Shown here piece after piece: positions 1 through 8,746 of a stretch of DNA of 26,167 bases. The stretch is from positions 1 to 26,167 of the forward strand of contig JACQNW010000094.1 of assembly GCA_016202845.1 (NCBI GenBank), in the 5' to 3' direction. The stretch comes from Candidatus Aenigmatarchaeota archaeon (GTDB taxonomy: Archaea > Aenigmatarchaeota > Aenigmatarchaeia > GW2011-AR5). Position 1 is the stretch's first letter; every line of letters begins with the position of its first letter. The notes beneath the pieces are model-generated. The model searched no databases, was not told the origin of the DNA, and saw only the letters and a list, made by a program, of their open reading frames with translations. Position numbers and translations under genes: made by a program.

Positions 1-26
1 ATATAGATAAGTTCAAGATTTTCTCA

Positions 27-530
27 ATGAAGACTTCCATGAAAGTTATCCAGGATATTGACAAATCAATTTCTGTTATGCAAAATGCTAGCAGATGGAT
101 GAAATATGAAGGTATTCCAATTTCAAAATGGTGGGACTTGAAAAATCTTAACAAAAAATTCTTGGTGCAATATGCAAAGACGGATGAATTTTATTGCGTT
201 TTAGTTGACAGTAACCCTGCTGCAGCGGCAATTTTGCAGATGAGTCAGAGCGCCCAAGACTGGAAAAATGTTGATAAAAATACACCAAAGCCTGCTCTTT
301 ACATTCATTGGCTGTGTGTAAGCAAAGATTTTAGAGGCAAGCAAATGCCAAAAGTTATGATTGATTTTGCAGGAAAGCTTGCTAAAGAAAATAATGTTAG
401 GCTTTTGAGGGCAGATACAAATTCTGAAGTAGTTAAACTAAGGAAAATTTACGAAAACTTGGGTTTCAAGCTTGTGGCTGAGCAGCAGGAAGATTACAGG
501 AAAACCGCTTTTTACGAAAAGAAAGTTTAG
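27..530 (+). CDS. GNAT family N-acetyltransferase
   Basis: 167-aa ORF. GNAT motif A-like segment LYIHWLCVSKDFRGKQMPKVMIDFA and motif B-like segment LRKIYENLGFKLV. Confidence 0.85.
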   Translation: MKTSMKVIQDIDKSISVMQNASRWMKYEGIPISKWWDLKNLNKKFLVQYAKTDEFYCVLVDSNPAAAAILQMSQSAQDWKNVDKNTPKPALYIHWLCVSKDFRGKQMPKVMIDFAGKLAKENNVRLLRADTNSEVVKLRKIYENLGFKLVAEQQEDYRKTAFYEKKV

Positions 531-749
531 AATTTTTTACATTTTAATAAATTAGATTGCTCGTTAATGCATGAATTAATGGACATTGAAGCTAGGCTTG
601 ATGAGTTAGATACAGAGCATCTTGTTTGTGCCAAAAGGGCTGGTGCAGACATATTCATAACACTTGATGCAATGCTTATAGGTAATAAAACTTTAGAATC
701 AAAACTTGGTCTGCTAATAAAGCATCCAAAAGATTTTGTCAATATTTAA
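531..749 (+). pseudogene. C-terminal fragment of a PIN-domain protein
   Basis: Reads ...LDELDTEHLVCAKRAGADIFITLDAML..., resembling the PIN C-terminal D-x-x-H...A-D-x-F-I-T-x-D pattern. The N-terminal half is absent and the frame is closed upstream by the GNAT TAG. Confidence 0.5.
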
Positions 750-898
750 ATTTAGTCTTGTTTTTTTTGCAGATATCATAGCTTTTTGCCAGGCTTCCTC
801 TAATTCAGGCTCGTCAAACTTCGCTTTATTATACTTGAATTTAATTGGTTTAGCCATAGCTTACTTTATGCAAGAAATCTATAAATAACCTAGAATAT

Positions 899-1975
899 TT
901 ACTCAATGCCTTCGTCTTCTTTTCCTGTAAGCAGCTCTCCTATTATGTTAGTTGAGATGAATTTTTGAATCCTTTCCCTGTCTTCTGGAAACAAAGCAAT
1001 GGCTTGCCTGAATTTTATGTCGGCCATGTCAGGGGTTAAGCTTTCCATGCTGATGGCTCCGGCTTCTTTTGCAAGCTGCCCAAGCTCGTACCTGCCTAGC
1101 AGCACTCGTCCGTCATCAAAGGGCGACAGAACGCCTATATGAATTCCGGCTTCAGTGGCAGCTCCAATAACATCGATCCATGAATATGTAGTGCCGTATT
1201 TGCTGTCACTCCACTCGCGCTGCGGGATTCCTCCTATGCCTTTACATTCAAGTATTATGCCTTTTATGCGGTCATTTCTGATGAGGTCCATGGCTATCCA
1301 TGGAGGCGTGTCAGCAGAAACTTTTAGCGTTGCAACATTCTTCTCAAGCGCAGAGTCTATTCTGATATCCTGAACAGCAAAAACAGGGTCTTTGTAACGA
1401 AGTCCTTCGTCAAAGTGTATGCGCGGCCAAACCTTTGCAACAGGATATCTTCCGGGTGTGTAAAAAGCATTAAAGTTGGATTCAGAGCGCTTTCTCAGCC
1501 TGCTTCCGTCCCAAACGTCGCCAATGCAGACATTATAAACGCCTACTACACCATTGCGATGAAAAGCTGAAGCAACCCTAAGTGTGTTTGAAAGCTGGAA
1601 GACTGCCTCAGAGCCAGGCTCGTCCTTTGCCATTTGGGCGCCAATGATAATCAAAGGCTTTTGCAATGTTGATTTGAAAAACATGCAAAATGCAGCAGCG
1701 CTCTCGGCCAGGCTGTCAGTGCCGTGCAATATAACGAAGGCGTCATGCTTCTTATAAACAGACGCGATCTGCCTTGCCATCATCAGTCTTTCTGAATGCA
1801 GGATGTCAGTAGAATCGCGCAAATATTTAAAATCTGCCAGAGCTAGCTCTACTTCTTTAGGGGCTACCACGCCTTCGACAAGTTCTGCAGCTGATTTCGC
1901 CGGGCGAAGGGGTTTTCCAATAGAGCCTATTGTGCCTCCTGTGTTGAGGACAAATACCTTTACCTTCTCTTTCAA
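899..1975 (-). CDS. ansA: L-asparaginase/glutaminase (type I asparaginase family)
   Basis: NTGGTIG and HGTDSL catalytic Thr motifs, and RLRK with the conserved Lys. TTG start overlaps the upstream TGA (TTGA coupling). Confidence 0.85.
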   Translation of the reverse strand: MKEKVKVFVLNTGGTIGSIGKPLRPAKSAAELVEGVVAPKEVELALADFKYLRDSTDILHSERLMMARQIASVYKKHDAFVILHGTDSLAESAAAFCMFFKSTLQKPLIIIGAQMAKDEPGSEAVFQLSNTLRVASAFHRNGVVGVYNVCIGDVWDGSRLRKRSESNFNAFYTPGRYPVAKVWPRIHFDEGLRYKDPVFAVQDIRIDSALEKNVATLKVSADTPPWIAMDLIRNDRIKGIILECKGIGGIPQREWSDSKYGTTYSWIDVIGAATEAGIHIGVLSPFDDGRVLLGRYELGQLAKEAGAISMESLTPDMADIKFRQAIALFPEDRERIQKFISTNIIGELLTGKEDEGIE

Positions 1976-2286
1976 GCATTACCACCATGCTTTTCTAAAA
2001 ATTCTATGATTTTCTTGTGATTGCCGCGTCTTGCATCAGCAAGAGGCGTCCCTCCCCACCTGTCCTTGAAGTTTATATTGACTTTTTTGTTAACAAGAAA
2101 AACTACCGCTTCATATTTTCCTTCAGAAGCTGCAAGATGCAAGCCTGTCCGGCCGTCATAATCAGCAGCATTAAGGTCAACACCGCTGGCAACCAAGCGC
2201 TGCAGCTCCTGCAAGTCGCCTTGCGCTGCAGCCCAACAGATACCCAAAGCATCATTCATTTCATACGCTAGTGTCATTTCATTCAC
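1972..2286 (-). CDS. Stand-alone ankyrin-repeat protein, paralogous to the C-terminus of the upstream glutaminase homologue
   Basis: DYDGRTGLHLAASEG and KDRWGGTPLADA ankyrin motifs. The start may be the ATG at 2277, downstream of GGTGA. Confidence 0.85.
   Translation of the reverse strand: MNEMTLAYEMNDALGICWAAAQGDLQELQRLVASGVDLNAADYDGRTGLHLAASEGKYEAVVFLVNKKVNINFKDRWGGTPLADARRGNHKKIIEFLEKHGGNA
2024..2067. repeat. 44-nt exact direct repeat; second copy at 2339..2382
   Basis: CCGCGTCTTGCATCAGCAAGAGGCGTCCCTCCCCACCTGTCCTT occurs twice, 315 bp apart, and encodes KDRWGGTPLADARRG in both ankyrin regions. Confidence 0.9.
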
Positions 2287-3849
2287 CTAATCTCTTGCAT
2301 TGTGTTTTTCCAACAAAGCGATTATTTTTTCATAACCTCCGCGTCTTGCATCAGCAAGAGGCGTCCCTCCCCACCTGTCCTTTGGGTTGACATCTACATT
2401 TTTCGATATAAAAAATTCTACAACATTAATATGGCCTTCAGAAGCTGCAAGGTGTATTGGAGTTCTGTTGTCATAATCTCCTTCATTCAAATCTATCCCT
2501 GTGGAAGCCAGCCTTTGCACTTCAAAAAGGTCGCCGCGGCTCGCAGCTTCGACAAGCGCCATGATGCCTTTCATTCGTATTTCATTTTTGGTGAGCCTTG
2601 GATTAATTTTTTCAGGCGTCTTGATAAGGCTGTCATAATTGTGAAAATTAAATCTTTGAATAAATTTACGGCAAAAATCCAGCCCCCTTACAGAAATGCC
2701 ATGGTCATTTATTCGTGGAGACCAAATAGCAATGCCCATCACATTTGGAACAACTATCACAATAACCCCTGAAATTCCGCTTTTAGCCGGAAGCCCCACT
2801 GAAAAAGCAAATTCGCTTGAGTATTGTTCCATGCCGCATGAATACATAAGGGAAAGGCAGTTTTTCACAGTCTCTGGTTTGAGTACTTTTTCGCCGGTCT
2901 TTGGGCATATGCCTGCATTTGCAAGTGTTGATGCTATGACAGACAGTGCTTCTGTCGTAGTCTCTATGGAAAGGCAGGAAAAATAAAGATTAAGGATCTC
3001 GTTTATGTCTGTACCTTTTGCAAATAAACCATTTTGCCGCATAAAATATGCAAGCGTGTATTCTGCGTCAGAAACTCCTTTTTCAGATAAAATTGCGCCT
3101 TTATTAAGCCCGGGTCTTATTCCGCCTGCCATGGCTGCCCATGTATCCAATATAGCATTGAATTTTTTGGCAGGCTCAAGTTCAAGTTTGACTAGCGAAG
3201 AAACCATAAGCGCCCCGCTGGCGTCAAGAGGGTTGTGAGGCAATCCATCATTGTTCAGCATAAGATAATGAAAGCCTTTTTCTTTTGGCGCCCTGCCAAC
3301 ATGTTTGTGGGTTTCTTCTTCTCCAAGCTCATCAAGTGCAATGCAATAATTGATTGGCGTGCAGACAGATCTTGCTATTAGTGCAGCAGTGTAAGGCCCT
3401 ATGTTAAGGCGCTGGCCGTCAATCGTGCAGATGGAAACAGCATACTGCTCTGGGTCTGCTGACAACTCTGGTATATGGTCTGATACATTGCCGTCCGTAT
3501 TCAAAATTGTCCTGTTATATATGTTGGTGATGAAACTGTTAAAGTTGTTAAAGTCAGGAATAATAAGCTGGCCGGTCATGGCCTTTTCTATTAGTGTTAT
3601 GTTTTGGCCCACAGACTTTCTGAATGCTTCTGGCGATATTTTGCTGTCGCCTAATTTGTCAAGCGACTGGATTGTTTCTTTTATTCTTGCGTCATCCTCT
3701 AAGATTCCATGACGGGCAAGAGCCTGAAACAGGTCAGTTTTTTTTATCGCCCCGTTCGCTTCAATGTCCAACGCATCAAATAAATGGTCTATTGCATCAG
3801 GAATTTTTTGCTTTGTTTCTTTCTGGCTGGAAGCAATTTCATTTTCCAT
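2287..3849 (-). CDS. glsA: Glutaminase A homologue (EF-hand-like N-terminus, glutaminase domain, ankyrin repeats) with a degenerate active site
   Basis: GLPAKSGISG, MYSCGM, SICTIDGQ and C-terminal DYDNRTPIHLAASEG/KDRWGGTP motifs. Start placed at MENEI (3849) because of a GGTGGAG ribosome-binding site; the ORF track extends to 3957. Confidence 0.85.
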   Translation of the reverse strand: MENEIASSQKETKQKIPDAIDHLFDALDIEANGAIKKTDLFQALARHGILEDDARIKETIQSLDKLGDSKISPEAFRKSVGQNITLIEKAMTGQLIIPDFNNFNSFITNIYNRTILNTDGNVSDHIPELSADPEQYAVSICTIDGQRLNIGPYTAALIARSVCTPINYCIALDELGEEETHKHVGRAPKEKGFHYLMLNNDGLPHNPLDASGALMVSSLVKLELEPAKKFNAILDTWAAMAGGIRPGLNKGAILSEKGVSDAEYTLAYFMRQNGLFAKGTDINEILNLYFSCLSIETTTEALSVIASTLANAGICPKTGEKVLKPETVKNCLSLMYSCGMEQYSSEFAFSVGLPAKSGISGVIVIVVPNVMGIAIWSPRINDHGISVRGLDFCRKFIQRFNFHNYDSLIKTPEKINPRLTKNEIRMKGIMALVEAASRGDLFEVQRLASTGIDLNEGDYDNRTPIHLAASEGHINVVEFFISKNVDVNPKDRWGGTPLADARRGGYEKIIALLEKHNARD

Positions 3850-3967
3850 ATATAATCTCCACCGCTTAGCTGTTTTCTTTCTTCTTTCTGGTTTTTTTGT
3901 CGAAGGCATGTTATCAGCCGCAATAGAATTGCTACAAACATCTATTTTGAGTGGCAAATTATAAATA

Positions 3968-4978
3968 CTAGAATTTAGTTACAACAACAGGCTCGTCTTT
4001 TATTATGACTGTATGCTCGTGCTGCGATACCATGCCGTTTGAATCTTCCTTCAGTGGCGCATATTCGTGCAGGGCTCCTCTGTCTCTCAGTTCTTTCAGC
4101 GCCATCCTGACCTTGAACTGGCTTTCCATCCTAATCCATCTTTCAGCAAACGGCAGCCCCATCCACTCGACAGACATTTCTGTCAATTTTCGTGCTTCAG
4201 GCCCTCTTACAGTAGGCATACCATAAATTCTGTAAATCTGGATAGGCTGCGAGTCTCTTACATGGCCTTTTCCATCGGTCGCAAACGGCTCTATTGCTAT
4301 GATCATCCCTTCTTCTAATGTTTTCCCGGATTTATGTTTTATATTAGGAATTGTCGGCTCCATGTGGACGATATATTGGCCAACACCATGTCCGGTAAGA
4401 TTTTGTATTGGCTTGTAGCCGTATCCTGTTATCGTATCCTCTATGACAGCAGAAATATCGCTTATCAATGCGCCAGGCTTGCAAAGCTTTATCGCTTCTT
4501 CCAATGCTTTTTTTGAAGCTTCTGTAAGCTTGTCATAGTCAGGGTTAAAGCAGAAAGTCCGTGCAGCATCTGCAACACAGCCGTCAGAGTGCGCGCCTAT
4601 ATCAACTTTCAACACATCTTTTTCAGTAACGATGGTCTCGTCGTTGTAAGTTGGTGTGTAGTGAGCGGCTATCGTATTTAGTGAAAGATTTACAGGGAAA
4701 GCAACCTCCCCGCCCTTTCCCCTTATCATATTTTCTATCTTGTTTGCAATATCAAGCAGCTTTGCCCCGGGCTTCACAAATTCTTCCGTTTCTTTTAATA
4801 TTTCCCCTACAATCTTGCCGGCCTTGATAAAATCAGAATAATCATCATTTTCTATTTTATTATCTTTCAGTTCATCTTCTCTTTCTTCTTCTATATGAGC
4901 ATGCGAATGCTCATGCTTCCCTGCGTCAGCTATTTTTGGCGAAGTCCGCGTATAGTCTTTCTCGATTTTAATCACCAT
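3968..4978 (-). CDS. map: Type II methionine aminopeptidase
   Basis: AAHYTP, KVDIGAH, DAART, GHGV, AIEPF and QHEHT metal-binding motifs. Start at MVIKIE (4978) avoids overlap with the divergent gene. Confidence 0.93.
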   Translation of the reverse strand: MVIKIEKDYTRTSPKIADAGKHEHSHAHIEEEREDELKDNKIENDDYSDFIKAGKIVGEILKETEEFVKPGAKLLDIANKIENMIRGKGGEVAFPVNLSLNTIAAHYTPTYNDETIVTEKDVLKVDIGAHSDGCVADAARTFCFNPDYDKLTEASKKALEEAIKLCKPGALISDISAVIEDTITGYGYKPIQNLTGHGVGQYIVHMEPTIPNIKHKSGKTLEEGMIIAIEPFATDGKGHVRDSQPIQIYRIYGMPTVRGPEARKLTEMSVEWMGLPFAERWIRMESQFKVRMALKELRDRGALHEYAPLKEDSNGMVSQHEHTVIIKDEPVVVTKF

Positions 4979-5058
4979 TGAAGAAAATGCCATTAAATAA
5001 GGCATTTCATTTCTATCCATTGGCAATAAGATTAATAAGTCTGTGGATAAGGTCTATT

Positions 5059-5451
5059 ATGCAAAAACAGGTAGAAATGATTAAGAAGGCTGTGGAGAAA
5101 GACAAGTCAATTAGTTTTGCCTATGTTTTTGGCTCTGTTGCCCGCGGCAAAGCAGGCGCCTTAAGCGATATAGATGTAGCGGTTTTCATCAGGAATGGAA
5201 CATTAAAGAAATGCAAGGCAATTAAAAATATATCCGGTTTTAAAGGCAGACATATAGATGTAGTAGTGTTAAATGACGCTCCTCTGCTTATGCAATTCAA
5301 TGTAATTAAAGAGGGTATTGTAATAAAAAACAGTGCAGAAAGAACTGATTTTGAATATGTCACAATGCGTAATTTTCTTGATGAAGAGTATCATGAACGC
5401 CTTCAGGCACGTGTCGGATTGGCAAGAATAGCAAAAAAGGGACTGGTATGA
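5059..5451 (+). CDS. Minimal nucleotidyltransferase (MNT) antitoxin
   Basis: YVFGSVARG...SDIDVAV (GS-x10-DxD pattern). Overlaps the downstream HEPN gene (ATGA). Confidence 0.88.
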   Translation: MQKQVEMIKKAVEKDKSISFAYVFGSVARGKAGALSDIDVAVFIRNGTLKKCKAIKNISGFKGRHIDVVVLNDAPLLMQFNVIKEGIVIKNSAERTDFEYVTMRNFLDEEYHERLQARVGLARIAKKGLV

Positions 5452-5867
5452 AAAAAGAAATTTATATTAAGATGAAATATCTGAAAGAATACGTTGATAA
5501 TCTCAGAGACATGTCATCGTGCACGCTGCAGCAACTGAAGCAAGACAAAAAACTTAGGGGTGCTGTTGAGCGTTATCTTCAACTTTCCATAGAGATAGCG
5601 CTTGAAGTAGGGGAAATGATTATAGCGCACGAGGGCTTGAGAAAACCGAAGAAACACCAGGAGGTTATAGAAATTTTAGGCGAAGGCGGCATTCTGCCAA
5701 AGGCTTTTGCAAAGAAGTTTGCGCCTGCTGGAGGCTTCAGAAACATCCTTGTTCATATGTACGAAGGCATAGAAGTTGTTGAAGTTTACAAAAACCTGAA
5801 GGAAATAAGCGACTTTGATACATTTGCAAAACACATAGCGCTATACCTCGAAAATAAGGAAGAGTAA
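5448..5867 (+). CDS. HEPN (DUF86-like) RNase toxin of an MNT-HEPN pair
   Basis: GAVERYLQLSIE, and FRNILVHMY carrying the R-x4-H motif. Confidence 0.88.
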   Translation: MKKEIYIKMKYLKEYVDNLRDMSSCTLQQLKQDKKLRGAVERYLQLSIEIALEVGEMIIAHEGLRKPKKHQEVIEILGEGGILPKAFAKKFAPAGGFRNILVHMYEGIEVVEVYKNLKEISDFDTFAKHIALYLENKEE

Positions 5868-5871
5868 TAAA

Positions 5872-5886
5872 GAGTACCTCCGAAAG
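5872..5886 (+). repeat. Solo copy of the MITE terminal repeat GAGTACCTCCGAAAG
   Basis: Identical to 23036..23050 and the reverse complement of 23248..23262. Confidence 0.8.
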
Positions 5887-5994
5887 TAGAGTTAAAGTCG
5901 ACGTATGACAATCCATCCTGGAAGGATAGTCAAAAGAGCTGTTAAGAAGGCATTGAATTCTAAAGTTTTAATAAATTGCTGATATAGAACTGGA

Positions 5995-7050
5995 ATGTAC
6001 TTTGATCCACATGTTCATTTAAGAGATAGAAACCAGAGATATAAAGAAACAATACTTCACGGACTTAGGGTTGCGAGAGACTCTGGTGTAGATGTTGTTA
6101 TAGACATGCCAAATACAGACCCGCCTGTGACTACGCGCAGTGAAGCAATAGCAAGAATTTATTTGGCACTTCTTCCAAGAGACACGCGGAACGTTTTCTA
6201 TTCATTATTTATGGGTCTTACAAAAGATCCTGAGCAGGTAAAACGAGCTATTGGTGTTTATCGAGAACTGTTTCCAAGAGTTGCCGGCATGAAGTTTTAT
6301 GCTGGTCATTCTGTCGGAAATTTAGGAGTGGTTGAATCAGAAGACCAAGCCAGGGTTTATGAAACACTAGCAAGAGAAGGATATGACGGAGTTTTTGTAA
6401 TACATGCAGAGAAAGAATCTCTGTTAAAACCCGATTTGTGGATGCCAGAAAATCCTGTAACTCATTGCAATGCAAGACCTGAAGAGGCAGAAGTCCAGTC
6501 AATAAAAGACCAACTGGAGCTTGCAGTTGAAACAGGATTCAGGGGAAAACTGCATATTTCTCACATATCTTCACCAGTATCTGTAGACATTGTCACTGAT
6601 GCCAAAAAAATTGGTGTTGACATATCTTGTGGTGTATGTCCTCACCATTTCATATACAATTCAGACCAAATGGAAAGGTCGGACGGAAATTTGTGGAAGA
6701 TGAACCCTCCCCTCCGTAGCAGAAAATCACAGGAAAAATTGCCTGAATATCTTCGTCAAGGGAAAATTGACTGGATAGAAACAGATCATGCGCCGCATAC
6801 GCTTGATGAAAAAACAGGCCCGCCATATGCTTCTGGCATACCAGGACTAGCTTGGTGGCCTTTGTTTGAAGAATATCTGCGTAGAAATGATTTTACAGAC
6901 AGGCAGATAGAAGAGCTTACATTCAATAATGCAGCCCGCCGCTTCAATCTGCCTGTAGAAAGGAAAAGACGAAAGCTTGTCGATCGAAGAAAAGATTACC
7001 CGTTCGATCCATATAAGGAAATTGCAGAACAGCTCGGCTGGGCTGCTTAA
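5995..7050 (+). CDS. pyrC: Dihydroorotase
   Basis: DPHVHLRD, IHAE, HISHIS, KMNPPLR and TDHAPH motifs. Adjacent to a DHODH gene. Confidence 0.9.
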   Translation: MYFDPHVHLRDRNQRYKETILHGLRVARDSGVDVVIDMPNTDPPVTTRSEAIARIYLALLPRDTRNVFYSLFMGLTKDPEQVKRAIGVYRELFPRVAGMKFYAGHSVGNLGVVESEDQARVYETLAREGYDGVFVIHAEKESLLKPDLWMPENPVTHCNARPEEAEVQSIKDQLELAVETGFRGKLHISHISSPVSVDIVTDAKKIGVDISCGVCPHHFIYNSDQMERSDGNLWKMNPPLRSRKSQEKLPEYLRQGKIDWIETDHAPHTLDEKTGPPYASGIPGLAWWPLFEEYLRRNDFTDRQIEELTFNNAARRFNLPVERKRRKLVDRRKDYPFDPYKEIAEQLGWAA

Positions 7051-8300
7051 TGTCTTCTTAGTCTTGCTTCTATTTCTCTTCTTGGTCTGCTCAGTCTCAG
7101 TTCTTGCAATGATTTGTATCCGTCTTTTTGCATCCTAGAAGAAACATCCGACATAAGTTCTTTTGCAAGGCCCAATCCATAAAACGTGTAAGGCGTGTAG
7201 CCTTCAACTGCATCTGCGCCTGCAAGAAAAGTTTTGTAAGCGTCATCCCCGTCAAATATTCCGCCGGTTGCAAATATTATTATGTCTTCTCCAAAGTAAG
7301 CTTCTCTCAAGTCCTTGATTGCTCTCATTCTGTATGGCGCAAGAAATCTTCCGCTCTTTCCTGCAGAGCCATAGCCCCATTCTGGTATAGGCTTATCTTC
7401 TCGTGAATACCACCAGTTGAGTGACCAGTGTGGCCAATCCCATGTTTCAGAAACAACTTGTTCTTTTGGAACCATAAATGTGTTTACTACAACAAACCCG
7501 TCGCCTTTCCCGCTGATCCATGGATCTGCCAAAAAAAGCCAGTTTTCTTTTTGGTCTTCTTCGTATGGCCCCATCTTGACAAGAAGAAGCTTATCTCCGC
7601 AAAGGGCTCGCATTAGATACGCTGTGTCATAAAATATTGACGGTGTTCTCAGTTTCTTGAGGGCATCTGTATTTGGAGAAAACGGGTTCCAGACAAATCC
7701 ATCAACATATGGGTTGAGTGTGTCAATTAGTATTCTAAGTTCGTCATTATGCGCAAAGAAATTGCTTTCTTGTGGCAAACCGCAAATGCTTACATAAATT
7801 GTGGCAGTTCCGCCGGATTCTCTGTAGCTTTTTATTTTTCTTGCAAAATATTCCAATCCTTTGCTGGGAAAGCCCTGGGCATTATACATATTCTCGTCGC
7901 CCGCATTAACTGCAACACGCGGCTGTTTGTTGCCTACCCTTACTGGAACAATTACTGTTCCAGATTCTTGGAATCCAAATACGTATGAAAATTCGTCCAA
8001 CACATCTCCGTTCTTGTCCATTCCAGCTGCAGTTCCGAAAGGAACAAATTTTTTCCCTTTAATCTCAACGTCAAGTTCAGGAAACTGTCTGGGAAGATCG
8101 TGTCTTTGCAAAATTTCTCTGAATTCAGGCAGTTGCCTCATTACAGCCTCATGAACTTTTTCAGGATCGTATCGAATGACGCCTTCGGCGTCTGTGGCTC
8201 TTCCATAACGTCTGTAAAGCTCAGGTCTGACAACATTTCTGAAAAATCTTGGAGATCGCAGCGACAAGTCAAATCCAGCCCTTTCAATAACAGAAGCCAT
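7047..8300 (-). CDS. pyrD: Dihydroorotate dehydrogenase (class 2-like)
   Basis: DPEKVH, AAGMDKNG, SGTV, NPFSPNT (catalytic Ser position), LVKMGP, VVNT, GKSG and TGGI...AGADAV. Start taken at MASVIE (8300). Confidence 0.88.
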   Translation of the reverse strand: MASVIERAGFDLSLRSPRFFRNVVRPELYRRYGRATDAEGVIRYDPEKVHEAVMRQLPEFREILQRHDLPRQFPELDVEIKGKKFVPFGTAAGMDKNGDVLDEFSYVFGFQESGTVIVPVRVGNKQPRVAVNAGDENMYNAQGFPSKGLEYFARKIKSYRESGGTATIYVSICGLPQESNFFAHNDELRILIDTLNPYVDGFVWNPFSPNTDALKKLRTPSIFYDTAYLMRALCGDKLLLVKMGPYEEDQKENWLFLADPWISGKGDGFVVVNTFMVPKEQVVSETWDWPHWSLNWWYSREDKPIPEWGYGSAGKSGRFLAPYRMRAIKDLREAYFGEDIIIFATGGIFDGDDAYKTFLAGADAVEGYTPYTFYGLGLAKELMSDVSSRMQKDGYKSLQELRLSRPRREIEARLRRH

Positions 8301-8344
8301 ATATAAAAATAACATGAATCTACAAAAAGAGCTAGTGTTCCAAA

Positions 8345-8746
8345 TCAACGTTCCCAAGGAAAGTGTACAACTGCGTCCAATTTTCTTATATAGAAGTCAG
8401 GGATAATTTCTGCGTCTGCAGTGGAATAAAGCGCTGCAGTCCTGATATTTGCACCTCTCCCTTGCAGATATTCCTTTGCAACTATTAAACTTCTGCCTGA
8501 TTCAAGCATGTCTTCAACTAATAAAATATTTCTTCCTTCGAGTGGAGTAGTTATTTCTGTTCTGACAACTCTCTTGTCACCTTCTTTTCTGACTGTTAGA
8601 AAATACATTTCTTTCACATCAAGCCTGTGCGCCAGCAAAAGCGCAGGGATAACCCCGCCTCTTCCAATGCCAACAACAACATCAGGCCTGTAGTCAATTT
8701 TACTGTATAGTAAGTCTATTTCCCTTTCAAATTTTTTCCAGTTCAT
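8345..8746 (-). CDS. Type I phosphoribosyltransferase (purine/xanthine PRT-like)
   Basis: GIGRGGVIPA, LLVEDMLESGRSL (PRPP-binding loop) and the C-terminal HFPWE. Confidence 0.85.
   Translation of the reverse strand: MNWKKFEREIDLLYSKIDYRPDVVVGIGRGGVIPALLLAHRLDVKEMYFLTVRKEGDKRVVRTEITTPLEGRNILLVEDMLESGRSLIVAKEYLQGRGANIRTAALYSTADAEIIPDFYIRKLDAVVHFPWER

Noticed and set aside
714-857. 47-aa minus-strand ORF MAKPIKFKYNKAKFDEPELEEAWQKAM...
   Set aside because: Plausible composition, but no clear ribosome-binding site, overlap with the PIN fragment and no recognisable family. Not supportable.
528-2289. Pyrrolysine or stop-codon recoding suggested by two in-frame TAG junctions (528-530 and 2287-2289)
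   Set aside because: Many other genes end cleanly at TAG, the ankyrin gene has its own GGTGA ribosome-binding site, and no pyl genes or tRNA-Pyl are visible.
4978-5058. Apparent head-to-head overlap of map and the MNT gene
   Set aside because: An artefact of longest-ORF start choice. Starts at 4978 (-) and 5059 (+) leave a normal divergent intergenic region.
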